Shown: positions 1-11,926 of the stretch, in pieces
Layout of the letters: each line of letters opens with the position of its first letter
How positions within the stretch are numbered: the stretch's first letter is position 1
Origin: Escherichia coli
Lineage (GTDB): Bacteria > Pseudomonadota > Gammaproteobacteria > Enterobacterales > Enterobacteriaceae
Strand: one strand, 5' to 3'
Assembly (NCBI RefSeq): GCF_050320075.1
Contig: NZ_CP190018.1
DNA: 64,000 bases
Program-made: the position numbers and the translations under genes
The notes under the pieces: model-generated
What the model was told of the DNA's origin: nothing
Databases searched by the model: none
What the model saw: the letters and a program-made list of their open reading frames with translations, nothing else

Positions 1-813
1 CGTGCTGGCTACGTCCATCGCGACATCACCGCCGCCGATAATTAATGCGCTTTGTGGAATGCTGATATCGCCTTGCGCCTGTCGTGCACGTTGCAAGAAG
101 TCGACGGCAATCTCAACGTCGCTATGCTCAAACAGTGGTAGCCCCGAACCGCTCGATAACCCCACGGTGACCAGTACCGCGCGGTTTTCCGCTTTCAGCT
201 GATCCAGGGTAAATGTGTTACCGATTTCGTTATTGCACTTAATGGTCACGCCCATTTTTTCAATACGGGCGATTTCTGCATCCAGTACTGATTGCGGTAA
301 CCGGAATTGCGGAATGCCGTTACGCAACCAGCCACCGGGTTGTGCTTCTTTCTCATAGATCGTGACGTCATAACCCTGGTTTGTCAGCGTCACACTGGCC
401 TGCAATCCGGCAGGACCTGCGCCAATAATGGCGACTTTGCCGAGCGTTTTAGTACCGGGCTGATAAATTTCCATCCCAGTTTGTTGTTCAAAATCAGTAA
501 CAAAACGCTGTAAGCGACCGATATCAATGGGAGTATCAACACCGGCACGGGTACAACCGCTTTGGCATAATTTCTCCGTCGGGCACACTCTGGCACAAAC
601 GGCACCGAGGGCATTATTTTCGCGAATTGTCTCGGCAGCGCCTTTAAAATTACGAAAGTAGATTGAGCGAATAAATTTCCCCGGATCGGTCTGTGCCGGG
701 CAAGCCTGACTACAGGGGGCGTCATGGCATAATAAACAGCGAGAGGCTTCTTTAATCGCCAGTAACGGTGTAAAAGCCGGAGTGAGTTCATCCAGATAAT
801 TTTGTTGCGGCAT
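1..813 (-). CDS. preT: NAD-dependent dihydropyrimidine dehydrogenase subunit PreT (YeiT), N-terminal 271 codons; gene continues beyond window start
   Basis: Reverse-strand translation from ATG at 811-813 reads MPQQNYLDELTPAFTPLLAIKEASRCLLCHDAPCSQACP... with Cys-rich ferredoxin-like motifs and GAGPAG dinucleotide-binding motif; frame open to position 1. Confidence 0.9.
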   Translation of the reverse strand, partial: MPQQNYLDELTPAFTPLLAIKEASRCLLCHDAPCSQACPAQTDPGKFIRSIYFRNFKGAAETIRENNALGAVCARVCPTEKLCQSGCTRAGVDTPIDIGRLQRFVTDFEQQTGMEIYQPGTKTLGKVAIIGAGPAGLQASVTLTNQGYDVTIYEKEAQPGGWLRNGIPQFRLPQSVLDAEIARIEKMGVTIKCNNEIGNTFTLDQLKAENRAVLVTVGLSSGSGLPLFEHSDVEIAVDFLQRARQAQGDISIPQSALIIGGGDVAMDVAST

Positions 814-849
814 GTGATCTTCCTTAATGCTATGAGTAATTAAGGCGAA

Positions 850-1068
850 CGCTAAATATACTCGTCATACTTCAAGTTGCATGTGCTGCGTCTGCGGGTT
901 ATTCGGCCCATCCATGGGCCTCACCCCTTATGGGGCCGCTGCAGGCAGCGTTCAAATCCGCTCCATGCGGATTTGTCGCTCACCCCAGTCACTTACTTAT
1001 GTAAGCTCCTGGGGACTCTCTCACTTGTCGCCTTCCTGCAACTCGAATTATTTAGAGTATAAATATTG
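850..1068. repeat. ERIC/IRU-type imperfect palindromic intergenic repeat
   Basis: 977-998 is the exact reverse complement of AAGTAAGTGACTGGGGTGAGCG (ERIC2 primer sequence, from memory); adjacent 999-1015 matches ATGTAAGCTCCTGGGGA; flanks form a long imperfect palindrome; boundaries approximate. Confidence 0.6.
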
Positions 1069-1229
1069 CGTGCTGATATTAAGGCTATGCGCGTGGGGAA
1101 ATTTAAACTGTGAAAGGATTCACAAATAGCTGTGGTTCAGAATGTTATATCCGCAGCTTATTGAGTGAAGTAATAATTATTCTCAATAATTAACAGAAAA
1201 GAGAAAATATTAACGATAGAAAATAAGAT

Positions 1230-1238
1230 AAACAATCA
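1230..1238. repeat. Left copy of 9-bp target-site duplication AAACAATCA flanking IS1
   Basis: Identical 9-mer directly abuts both IS1 ends (1230-1238 and 2007-2015). Confidence 0.9.
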
Positions 1239-1293
1239 GGTAATGGTGCCAACTTACTGATTTAGTGTATGATGGTGTTTTTGAGGTGCTCCC

Positions 1294-1569
1294 GTGGCTT
1301 CCATCTCCATCAGTTGTCCCTCCTGCTCAGCTACTGAAGGCGTGGTGCGTAACGGTAAAAGTACTGCCGGACATCAGCGCTATCTCTGCTCTCACTGCCG
1401 TAAAACATGGCAACTGCAGTTCACTTACACCGCTTCTCAACCCGGTACACACCAGAAAATCATTGATATGGCCATGAATGGTGTTGGATGCCGGGCAACC
1501 GCCCGCATTATGGGCGTTGGCCTCAACACGATTTTACGTCACTTAAAAAACTCAGGCCGCAGTCGGTAA
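1294..1569 (+). CDS. insA: IS1 InsA (transposition inhibitor/DNA-binding protein), GTG start
   Basis: 91-aa product [40 protein letters not shown]... with zinc-finger Cys pairs; A6C slippery motif AAAAAAC at 1545-1551 for programmed -1 frameshift into insB. Confidence 0.9.
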   Translation: MASISISCPSCSATEGVVRNGKSTAGHQRYLCSHCRKTWQLQFTYTASQPGTHQKIIDMAMNGVGCRATARIMGVGLNTILRHLKNSGRSR

Positions 1570-1991
1570 CCTCGCGCATACAGCCGGGCAGTGATGTGAT
1601 TGTCTGCGCTGAAATGGACGAACAGTGGGGCTACGTCGGTGCTAAATCACGTCAGCGCTGGCTGTTTTACGCGTATGACAGGATACGGAGGACGGTTGTG
1701 GCGCACGTCTTCGGTGAACGCACTCTGGCCACACTGGAGCGTCTTCTGAGCCTGCTGTCGGCCTTTGAGGTCGTGGTATGGATGACGGATGGCTGGCCGC
1801 TGTATGAATCCCGCCTGAAGGGAAAGCTGCACGTAATCAGCAAGCGTTACACTCAGCGCATTGAGCGACATAACCTGAATCTGAGACAACATCTGGCAAG
1901 GCTGGGACGGAAGTCACTGTCGTTCTCAAAATCGGTGGAGCTGCATGACAAAGTCATCGGGCATTATCTGAACATAAAACACTATCAGTAA
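1488..1991 (+). CDS. insB: IS1 InsB frame (transposase expressed as InsAB' fusion by -1 frameshift)
   Basis: 167-aa product [64 protein letters not shown]...; overlaps insA 3' end in -1 frame. Confidence 0.85.
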   Translation: MPGNRPHYGRWPQHDFTSLKKLRPQSVTSRIQPGSDVIVCAEMDEQWGYVGAKSRQRWLFYAYDRIRRTVVAHVFGERTLATLERLLSLLSAFEVVVWMTDGWPLYESRLKGKLHVISKRYTQRIERHNLNLRQHLARLGRKSLSFSKSVELHDKVIGHYLNIKHYQ

Positions 1992-2004
1992 GTTGGAGTC
2001 ATTA

Positions 2005-3982
<1,978 letters not shown>

Positions 3983-4111
3983 GGCGTTGCCTCATAATCA
4001 TGTAATGGGATAACAGTTTACGAACCCGTTGTGGCTTTATATGTGATCTGAATCTCATTAATTATGCAACGCGTGAAACATACATCAAAAATGCGCGACG
4101 CATCGCAAATT

Positions 4112-5238
<1,127 letters not shown>

Positions 5239-5440
5239 TTAATTCGTAAAACGTGCTACCGATCACATTAAGAAATCAGCGCTTATTTTTTCGCTCCCCG
5301 GCATTACGCAATGCGCAGCGAACTCAGGCATACATCAAGCATAGAGAGGGATTGCAGTTTGCAGCAATCCCTCTTTGCAGACCTTTAATCCGCTGACCAT
5401 AGGCGCTAACATAGCGCCTCATTTTTTTGCGGGTGATGAT

Positions 5441-6388
5441 ATGCGTGTGTTATTGGCACCGATGGAGGGAGTGCTTGACTCTCTGGTGCGTGAATTGCTG
5501 ACCGAAGTTAACGACTACGATCTGTGCATCACCGAGTTTGTCCGCGTGGTGGATCAACTGCTGCCGGTAAAAGTCTTTCATCGCATTTGCCCTGAGCTAC
5601 AAAACGCCAGCCGGACACCATCTGGTACGCTGGTGCGCGTGCAGTTGTTAGGTCAGTTCCCACAATGGCTGGCAGAGAACGCCGCCCGTGCGGTGGAGTT
5701 AGGTTCCTGGGGCGTGGATCTCAATTGCGGCTGCCCGTCGAAAACGGTTAACGGTAGCGGCGGCGGGGCGACGTTACTCAAAGATCCTGAACTCATCTAC
5801 CAGGGTGCAAAAGCGATGCGTGAAGCTGTACCGGCGCATTTGCCCGTCAGCGTGAAAGTGCGTCTGGGCTGGGACAGCGGTGAGAAGAAATTTGAAATCG
5901 CCGATGCGGTTCAACAGGCTGGCGCTACGGAGCTGGTGGTGCATGGGCGGACGAAAGAGCAGGGTTACCGCGCGGAGCATATTGACTGGCAGGCGATTGG
6001 CGATATTCGCCAGCGGCTGAATATTCCGGTGATTGCCAACGGTGAAATCTGGGACTGGCAGAGCGCGCAACAATGCATGGCGATCAGCGGCTGCGACGCA
6101 GTGATGATTGGTCGCGGGGCGCTCAATATTCCCAACCTGAGCCGGGTGGTAAAATATAACGAACCGCGAATGCCGTGGCCGGAGGTGGTTGCTTTGCTGC
6201 AAAAATATACCCGTCTGGAAAAGCAGGGCGATACCGGGTTATATCACGTTGCGCGGATTAAACAGTGGTTGAGTTATTTGCGTAAAGAATACGATGAAGC
6301 AACGGAATTATTTCAGCATGTTCGGGTGTTGAATAATTCCCCTGATATTGCAAGGGCTATTCAGGCAATTGATATCGAGAAACTCTAA
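5441..6388 (+). CDS. dusC: tRNA-dihydrouridine(16) synthase DusC
   Basis: 315-aa product from ATG 5441 [33 protein letters not shown]... (FMN-dependent Dus fold); the longer ORF from 5375 is rejected as start. Confidence 0.9.
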
Positions 6389-6760
6389 AAAACCATAGTG
6401 ATGTTTTTTGACAATGTGTTAGCTCTTTATCAATAGGCCGCACGGTTGTTTGGTGGCGTCAAAATTGCCGAGGCGTTCCCTGAAGGCCGGGGCAGCCCAC
6501 ATGGATGTGGGCTGAGGGCGCGTTTTACAGGGATGTTACCTCGCGCCCGACCCGGTAGCCGTAAGGGATAAGCCGAGGGCACCGCGCAGCGGCGATTTTG
6601 TTCGCCAGAGCCCGGGGGTGCAGGGGGCGGCGGCGATTGGCCGCCCCCTGCGCGCTCCTTGCGCCAGTGATTATATGAAGCAATGCACATGACAGGAGCG
6701 CAACAGGATGAGAGACTGAAATATTCTCGTTATTTTCGGACCTGATGACATTAATTAATT

Positions 6761-6844
6761 TTAAAATATCATCTTAAATACGCCAGTCACCACCAGTAGC
6801 CCAATCAGGAAAATAATCAATACAGCCCAGAGTATAATTTTCAT
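6761..6844 (-). CDS. yohP: 27-aa small membrane protein YohP (not in supplied ORF track)
   Basis: Hand translation of reverse strand: MKIILWAVLIIFLIGLLVVTGVFKMIF, single hydrophobic helix, ATG 6842-6844, TAA stop. Confidence 0.75.
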   Translation of the reverse strand: MKIILWAVLIIFLIGLLVVTGVFKMIF

Positions 6845-7067
6845 TGGCGTTCCTTTATTTGTGAGTGCTGAATAAGTATAGGAAAAAACGAAGCCCTTTG
6901 CCGTTATCCATAAACGATTAAGATAAATCGGAAGATATCATTCACTTAGTGTATATTTTTCTGGATATGTCGTTTTATTGCCACTGATGTATTGCCACGC
7001 GAAACTAAAAAATATATCGCAACACACGGTAATCTCCGCGCACCTTTTCTTACCTGATTATTCCCCC

Positions 7068-8504
7068 ATGAATCGTGATTCCTTTTATCCAGCCATCGCC
7101 TGTTTTCCGCTGTTACTGATGCTGGCCGGGTGTGCGCCTATGCATGAAACCCGCCAGGCGTTAAGCCAGCAAACGCCCGCTGCACAAGTTGACACCGCAT
7201 TACCCACGGCGCTGAAAAATGGTTGGCCAGACAGCCAATGGTGGCTGGAGTATCACGATAATCAACTCACTTCCTTAATTAACAATGCACTACAGAACGC
7301 ACCGGATATGCAGGTGGCTGAACAGCGCATTCAGCTAGCTGAAGCCCAGGCGAAGGCAGTTGCCACTCAGGATGGTCCGCAGATCGACTTTTCGGCGGAT
7401 ATGGAGCGGCAAAAAATGTCGGCAGAAGGCTTAATGGGGCCGTTTGCTCTGAACGATCCGGCCGCAGGTACGACCGGCCCGTGGTACACCAACGGTACTT
7501 TTGGCTTAACGGCGGGCTGGCATCTCGATATCTGGGGAAAGAATCGGGCGGAGGTTACTGCCCGCCTGGGTACGGTTAAAGCACGGGCGGCGGAACGCGA
7601 GCAAACCCGCCAATTGCTGGCTGGCAGCGTAGCCCGCCTGTACTGGGAGTGGCAAACCCAGGCGGCGTTAAACACTGTCTTGCAGCAAATAGAAAAAGAG
7701 CAGAACACCATTATCGCGACCGATCGCCAGCTATATCAGAACGGGATTACTTCTTCAGTTGAAGGTGTGGAAACCGATATTAATGCCAGCAAAACCCGGC
7801 AGCAGCTCAACGATGTCGCGGGGAAAATGAAAATTATTGAGGCACGGTTAAGCGCACTTACAAATAACCAGACAAAGTCATTGAAGCTTAAACCGGTCGC
7901 GTTGCCGAAAGTGGCAAGCCAGCTTCCTGATGAACTGGGGTACTCCTTACTGGCCCGGCGGGCAGATTTGCAGGCGGCGCACTGGTACGTTGAGTCATCG
8001 CTAAGCACCATTGATGCGGCAAAAGCGGCATTTTATCCTGACATCAACCTGATGGCCTTCCTGCAACAGGATGCGTTGCACTTAAGCGATCTGTTCCGTC
8101 ATTCCGCGCAGCAAATGGGCGTTACGGCAGGCCTGACGCTACCCATTTTCGATAGTGGTCGTCTTAACGCCAATCTCGATATCGCAAAAGCCGAAAGCAA
8201 CTTGTCTATCGCCAGCTACAACAAAGCGGTGGTTGAAGCGGTGAATGACGTGGCGCGGGCAGCCAGTCAGGTTCAGACACTGGCGGAGAAAAACCAGCAT
8301 CAGGCGCAAATTGAGCGCGATGCCTTGCGTGTGGTAGGTCTTGCGCAGGCGCGCTTTAACGCGGGCATCATTGCGGGTTCCCGCGTCAGCGAAGCCAGAA
8401 TCCCCGCGCTGCGTGAGCGGGCCAATGGCCTGTTATTGCAAGGGCAGTGGCTGGATGCCTCCATTCAACTCACTGGTGCGTTGGGCGGGGGTTACAAACG
8501 CTGA
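7068..8504 (+). CDS. mdtQ: Outer-membrane efflux lipoprotein (OMF/TolC-like), intact
   Basis: ATG 7068 gives MNRDSFYPAIACFPLLLMLAGC lipobox signal followed by ~460 aa of coiled-coil/beta-barrel OMF sequence without interruption. Confidence 0.8.
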   Translation: MNRDSFYPAIACFPLLLMLAGCAPMHETRQALSQQTPAAQVDTALPTALKNGWPDSQWWLEYHDNQLTSLINNALQNAPDMQVAEQRIQLAEAQAKAVATQDGPQIDFSADMERQKMSAEGLMGPFALNDPAAGTTGPWYTNGTFGLTAGWHLDIWGKNRAEVTARLGTVKARAAEREQTRQLLAGSVARLYWEWQTQAALNTVLQQIEKEQNTIIATDRQLYQNGITSSVEGVETDINASKTRQQLNDVAGKMKIIEARLSALTNNQTKSLKLKPVALPKVASQLPDELGYSLLARRADLQAAHWYVESSLSTIDAAKAAFYPDINLMAFLQQDALHLSDLFRHSAQQMGVTAGLTLPIFDSGRLNANLDIAKAESNLSIASYNKAVVEAVNDVARAASQVQTLAEKNQHQAQIERDALRVVGLAQARFNAGIIAGSRVSEARIPALRERANGLLLQGQWLDASIQLTGALGGGYKR

Positions 8505-8556
8505 TGATATGCGCCTTCTATACTTAACGTTTATTCAGCGTTAAGTGGAGAACTCG

Positions 8557-9318
8557 ATGGCACAGGTTGCGATTATTACCGCCTCCGATTCGGGGATCGG
8601 CAAAGAGTGCGCGTTATTACTGGCGCAGCAGGGGTTTGATATTGGTATTACCTGGCACTCAGATGAAGAAGGGGCAAAAGATACCGCGCGTGAGGTAGTT
8701 AGCCACGGCGTACGTGCGGAGATCGTGCAGCTGGATCTCGGCAATCTACCAGAAGGGGCACTGGCGCTGGAGAAACTCATTCAACGGCTGGGGCGCATTG
8801 ATGTGCTGGTGAATAATGCGGGTGCAATGACCAAAGCGCCGTTTCTTGATATGGCTTTTGATGAGTGGCGCAAGATTTTTACCGTTGATGTCGATGGTGC
8901 ATTCTTATGCTCGCAAATTGCGGCTCGTCAGATGGTGAAACAAGGGCAGGGCGGTCGCATCATCAACATTACGTCGGTACATGAACATACGCCGCTGCCG
9001 GATGCCAGCGCCTACACAGCCGCTAAACATGCGCTCGGTGGGTTAACCAAAGCGATGGCGCTGGAGCTGGTCAGGCATAAGATTTTGGTGAACGCAGTCG
9101 CGCCTGGGGCGATCGCCACGCCAATGAATGGCATGGATGACAGCGACGTGAAGCCCGACGCGGAGCCTTCGATTCCCTTGCGGCGTTTTGGCGCAACGCA
9201 TGAGATTGCCAGCCTGGTGGTGTGGCTTTGTTCGGAGGGCGCAAATTACACCACCGGGCAGTCGTTGATAGTGGATGGCGGCTTTATGTTGGCGAATCCA
9301 CAGTTCAACCCAGAATAG
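8557..9318 (+). CDS. yohF: Short-chain dehydrogenase/reductase YohF
   Basis: MAQVAIITASDSGIGKE (TGxxxGIG Rossmann motif), NNAG, and YxxxK catalytic motif (YTAAKHAL); GGAG RBS upstream of ATG 8557. Confidence 0.9.
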   Translation: MAQVAIITASDSGIGKECALLLAQQGFDIGITWHSDEEGAKDTAREVVSHGVRAEIVQLDLGNLPEGALALEKLIQRLGRIDVLVNNAGAMTKAPFLDMAFDEWRKIFTVDVDGAFLCSQIAARQMVKQGQGGRIINITSVHEHTPLPDASAYTAAKHALGGLTKAMALELVRHKILVNAVAPGAIATPMNGMDDSDVKPDAEPSIPLRRFGATHEIASLVVWLCSEGANYTTGQSLIVDGGFMLANPQFNPE

Positions 9319-9369
9319 CGCAGTGAGGTGCGTGGATATTTCATTGGGTAATATTTTGGTCGGCATGAA

Positions 9370-9440
9370 AAGACGCACAAGCGTCGTATCAGGCATGGTA
9401 CTCCGGATGTCGGATGCGGCGCGAACGCCTTATCCAGGGC
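9370..9440. repeat. REP/BIME palindromic units (two copies)
   Basis: GACGCACAAGCGTCGTATCAGGCAT and CGGATGCGGCGCGAACGCCTTATCC match REP consensus classes. Confidence 0.6.
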
Positions 9441-9447
9441 AATGGTT

Positions 9448-10026
9448 TTACGCCTGATGATCCGGCTTTTTCTTCCCGCGTCGTTTCAGCCACCAGCGCA
9501 CGCCCACCACCAGAACCACGACCAGAATCAACCAGACCCAGTGCTTCAAATGCTGGTCGAGATTGTGCAACCACGGCGCAATCACCTGACCACCAGCGTA
9601 ACCAATAGTGGTAAAAATCAACGCCCAGGCAAATGCGCCGAGAATATTCAGCGGCAGAAAGATTTTCGGCGGCAGCTGGCTGGCACCAATCAGCGTCGGG
9701 CCAATCACCCGAAAGCCATACATAAAGCGCGTACCAATGACAAACAGATACGGATGGCGTTGGATAAGTTTCTGCGCCCGCTCAATTTTATCCTGATGTT
9801 TCGAGAAACGGCGTAACAGCTTGCCGCCAAACCGCCGCCCGCACAGATAGAGCACCTGGTCGCCAATCATGCCGCCAAGCGCCACAGAAAGTACCACCAG
9901 CGGGAACTTTAATAGCCCCTGATGCGCCGCAACGCCTCCCAGCAAAGTCACGGTTTCACCTTCCGCCAGGCTACCGATCACCAGCGCGGCATAACCATAT
10001 TGTGAGATAAGTGTATTGAGATCCAT
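9448..10026 (-). CDS. yohD: DedA-family inner membrane protein YohD
   Basis: Internal ATG at 10024-10026 gives 192-aa MDLNTLISQYGYAALVIGSLAEGETVTLLGGVAAHQGLLK... Confidence 0.9.
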   Translation of the reverse strand: MDLNTLISQYGYAALVIGSLAEGETVTLLGGVAAHQGLLKFPLVVLSVALGGMIGDQVLYLCGRRFGGKLLRRFSKHQDKIERAQKLIQRHPYLFVIGTRFMYGFRVIGPTLIGASQLPPKIFLPLNILGAFAWALIFTTIGYAGGQVIAPWLHNLDQHLKHWVWLILVVVLVVGVRWWLKRRGKKKPDHQA

Positions 10027-10195
10027 AGGCCAGTCTGTCTCCCTTTGGTTGCCAGTAAGCATACACCCTGTGAATCATTCACGCTGAAAAAGGACGTTCA
10101 TCAGACAGTGAAAATTACATGGGCGAACAAAAAATAATCACAAGCTGACTTATACTTGAACTGTCAGGTTCATGAACTCACAACAAGGGGGCGGT

Positions 10196-10783
10196 ATGAG
10201 CCATGTCTGGGGACTGTTTTCCCATCCCGATCGTGAAATGCAGGTGATTAATCGCGAAAACGAAACGATTTCTCACCATTACACCCACCACGTTTTGCTG
10301 ATGGCGGCGATTCCGGTGATTTGCGCCTTCATTGGCACTACACAGATTGGCTGGAATTTTGGCGATGGCACTATCCTGAAGTTATCCTGGTTTACCGGAC
10401 TGGCGCTGGCTGTCTTGTTTTACGGCGTTATGCTGGCTGGGGTCGCGGTGATGGGGCGGGTCATCTGGTGGATGGCGCGTAATTATCCGCAGCGTCCGTC
10501 ACTTGCGCACTGCATGGTCTTCGCGGGCTACGTTGCAACTCCGCTGTTTTTAAGCGGTCTGGTGGCGCTTTATCCACTGGTCTGGTTGTGTGCGCTGGTC
10601 GGCACGGTGGCGCTGTTTTACACCGGCTACCTGCTTTACCTTGGTATTCCGAGCTTCCTGAATATCAACAAAGAGGAAGGCCTTAGCTTCTCTAGTTCGA
10701 CGCTGGCGATTGGCGTGCTGGTACTGGAAGTGCTGCTCGCCCTAACCGTTATACTATGGGGCTACGGTTATCGTTTGTTCTAG
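10196..10783 (+). CDS. yohC: Yip1-family inner membrane protein YohC
   Basis: ATG 10196 gives MSHVWGLFSHPDREMQVINRENETISHHYTHHVLLMAAIPV..., polytopic membrane protein. Confidence 0.9.
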   Translation: MSHVWGLFSHPDREMQVINRENETISHHYTHHVLLMAAIPVICAFIGTTQIGWNFGDGTILKLSWFTGLALAVLFYGVMLAGVAVMGRVIWWMARNYPQRPSLAHCMVFAGYVATPLFLSGLVALYPLVWLCALVGTVALFYTGYLLYLGIPSFLNINKEEGLSFSSSTLAIGVLVLEVLLALTVILWGYGYRLF

Positions 10784-10956
10784 AAAGTTCTTTGACGTTG
10801 CATTGCTGGCGTAAATGTCAGCAATGCAGCATTTCCTCACGATTCTCCTTTGACGATCGCACTTTTTGCTCGTTATGATGGCGTCGCTAGCCTCAGTAAA
10901 TCCTTACTCCGGCGGTGCGCAACCCGTGCGCGTGAACCACTATCTGAATGCTCATC

Positions 10957-11889
10957 ATGCCGAAATTTCGAGTTTCTTTATTTAGCCTGGCCCTGATGCT
11001 GGCTGTGCCTTTTGCACCGCAGGCCGTTGCGAAAACGGCAGCCGCTACCACCGCTTCACAACCGGAAATTGCCTCCGGTAGCGCGATGATTGTTGATCTG
11101 AATACCAACAAAGTGATCTATTCGAACCACCCGGATCTGGTGCGTCCGATTGCGTCTATCAGCAAATTAATGACCGCGATGGTTGTGCTGGATGCACGAC
11201 TGCCGCTGGATGAAAAACTAAAAGTGGATATCAGCCAGACGCCGGAGATGAAAGGGGTCTATTCGCGCGTACGACTGAATAGCGAAATCAGCCGTAAAGA
11301 TATGCTGTTGCTGGCGCTGATGTCTTCAGAAAACCGCGCGGCGGCAAGCCTTGCGCACCATTATCCCGGTGGTTACAAAGCCTTTATTAAGGCAATGAAT
11401 GCGAAAGCGAAATCGCTCGGAATGAACAACACGCGCTTTGTTGAACCTACCGGATTGTCGGTGCATAACGTTTCAACTGCCCGTGACTTAACCAAACTGC
11501 TCATTGCCAGCAAACAATATCCGTTGATCGGGCAGTTAAGTACTACCCGGGAAGATATGGCAACCTTCTCTAATCCGACGTATACGCTGCCGTTCCGCAA
11601 TACTAATCATCTGGTGTATCGCGATAACTGGAATATTCAGTTAACCAAAACCGGCTTTACCAATGCGGCGGGCCATTGTCTGGTGATGCGTACGGTTATC
11701 AATAATAAACCGGTGGCGCTGGTAGTGATGGACGCGTTTGGCAAATATACCCATTTTGCCGATGCCAGCCGCCTGCGTACCTGGATTGAAACCGGTAAAG
11801 TGATGCCTGTGCCGGCAGCAGCGTTGAGCTATAAAAAACAAAAAGCCGCCCAAATGGCGGCGGCGGGGCAGACGGCACAGAACGATTAA
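10957..11889 (+). CDS. pbpG: D-alanyl-D-alanine endopeptidase PBP7
   Basis: ATG 10957; signal peptide [25 protein letters not shown]; active-site SISK (SxxK) and SEN motifs. Confidence 0.95.
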
Positions 11890-11926
11890 GTGAATTCGGA
11901 TGGCGATACTCTGCCATCCGTAATTT

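Noticed and set aside
390-791. 133-aa minus-strand ORF
   Set aside because: Out-of-frame overlap inside preT; the genuine preT frame (start 813) is the one with recognisable motifs
877-1129. ORFs 877..1062 and 881..1129 (+)
   Set aside because: Lie entirely within the ERIC palindromic repeat; no RBS; protein-like only by chance
5375-5440. N-terminal extension of dusC from the ORF start at 5375
   Set aside because: The known DusC-type N-terminus begins at [10 protein letters not shown] (5441); the extension spans the leader hairpins
6430-6690. 86-aa Pro/Gly-rich minus-strand ORF
   Set aside because: Artefact of the GC-rich hairpin region; low-complexity translation, no RBS
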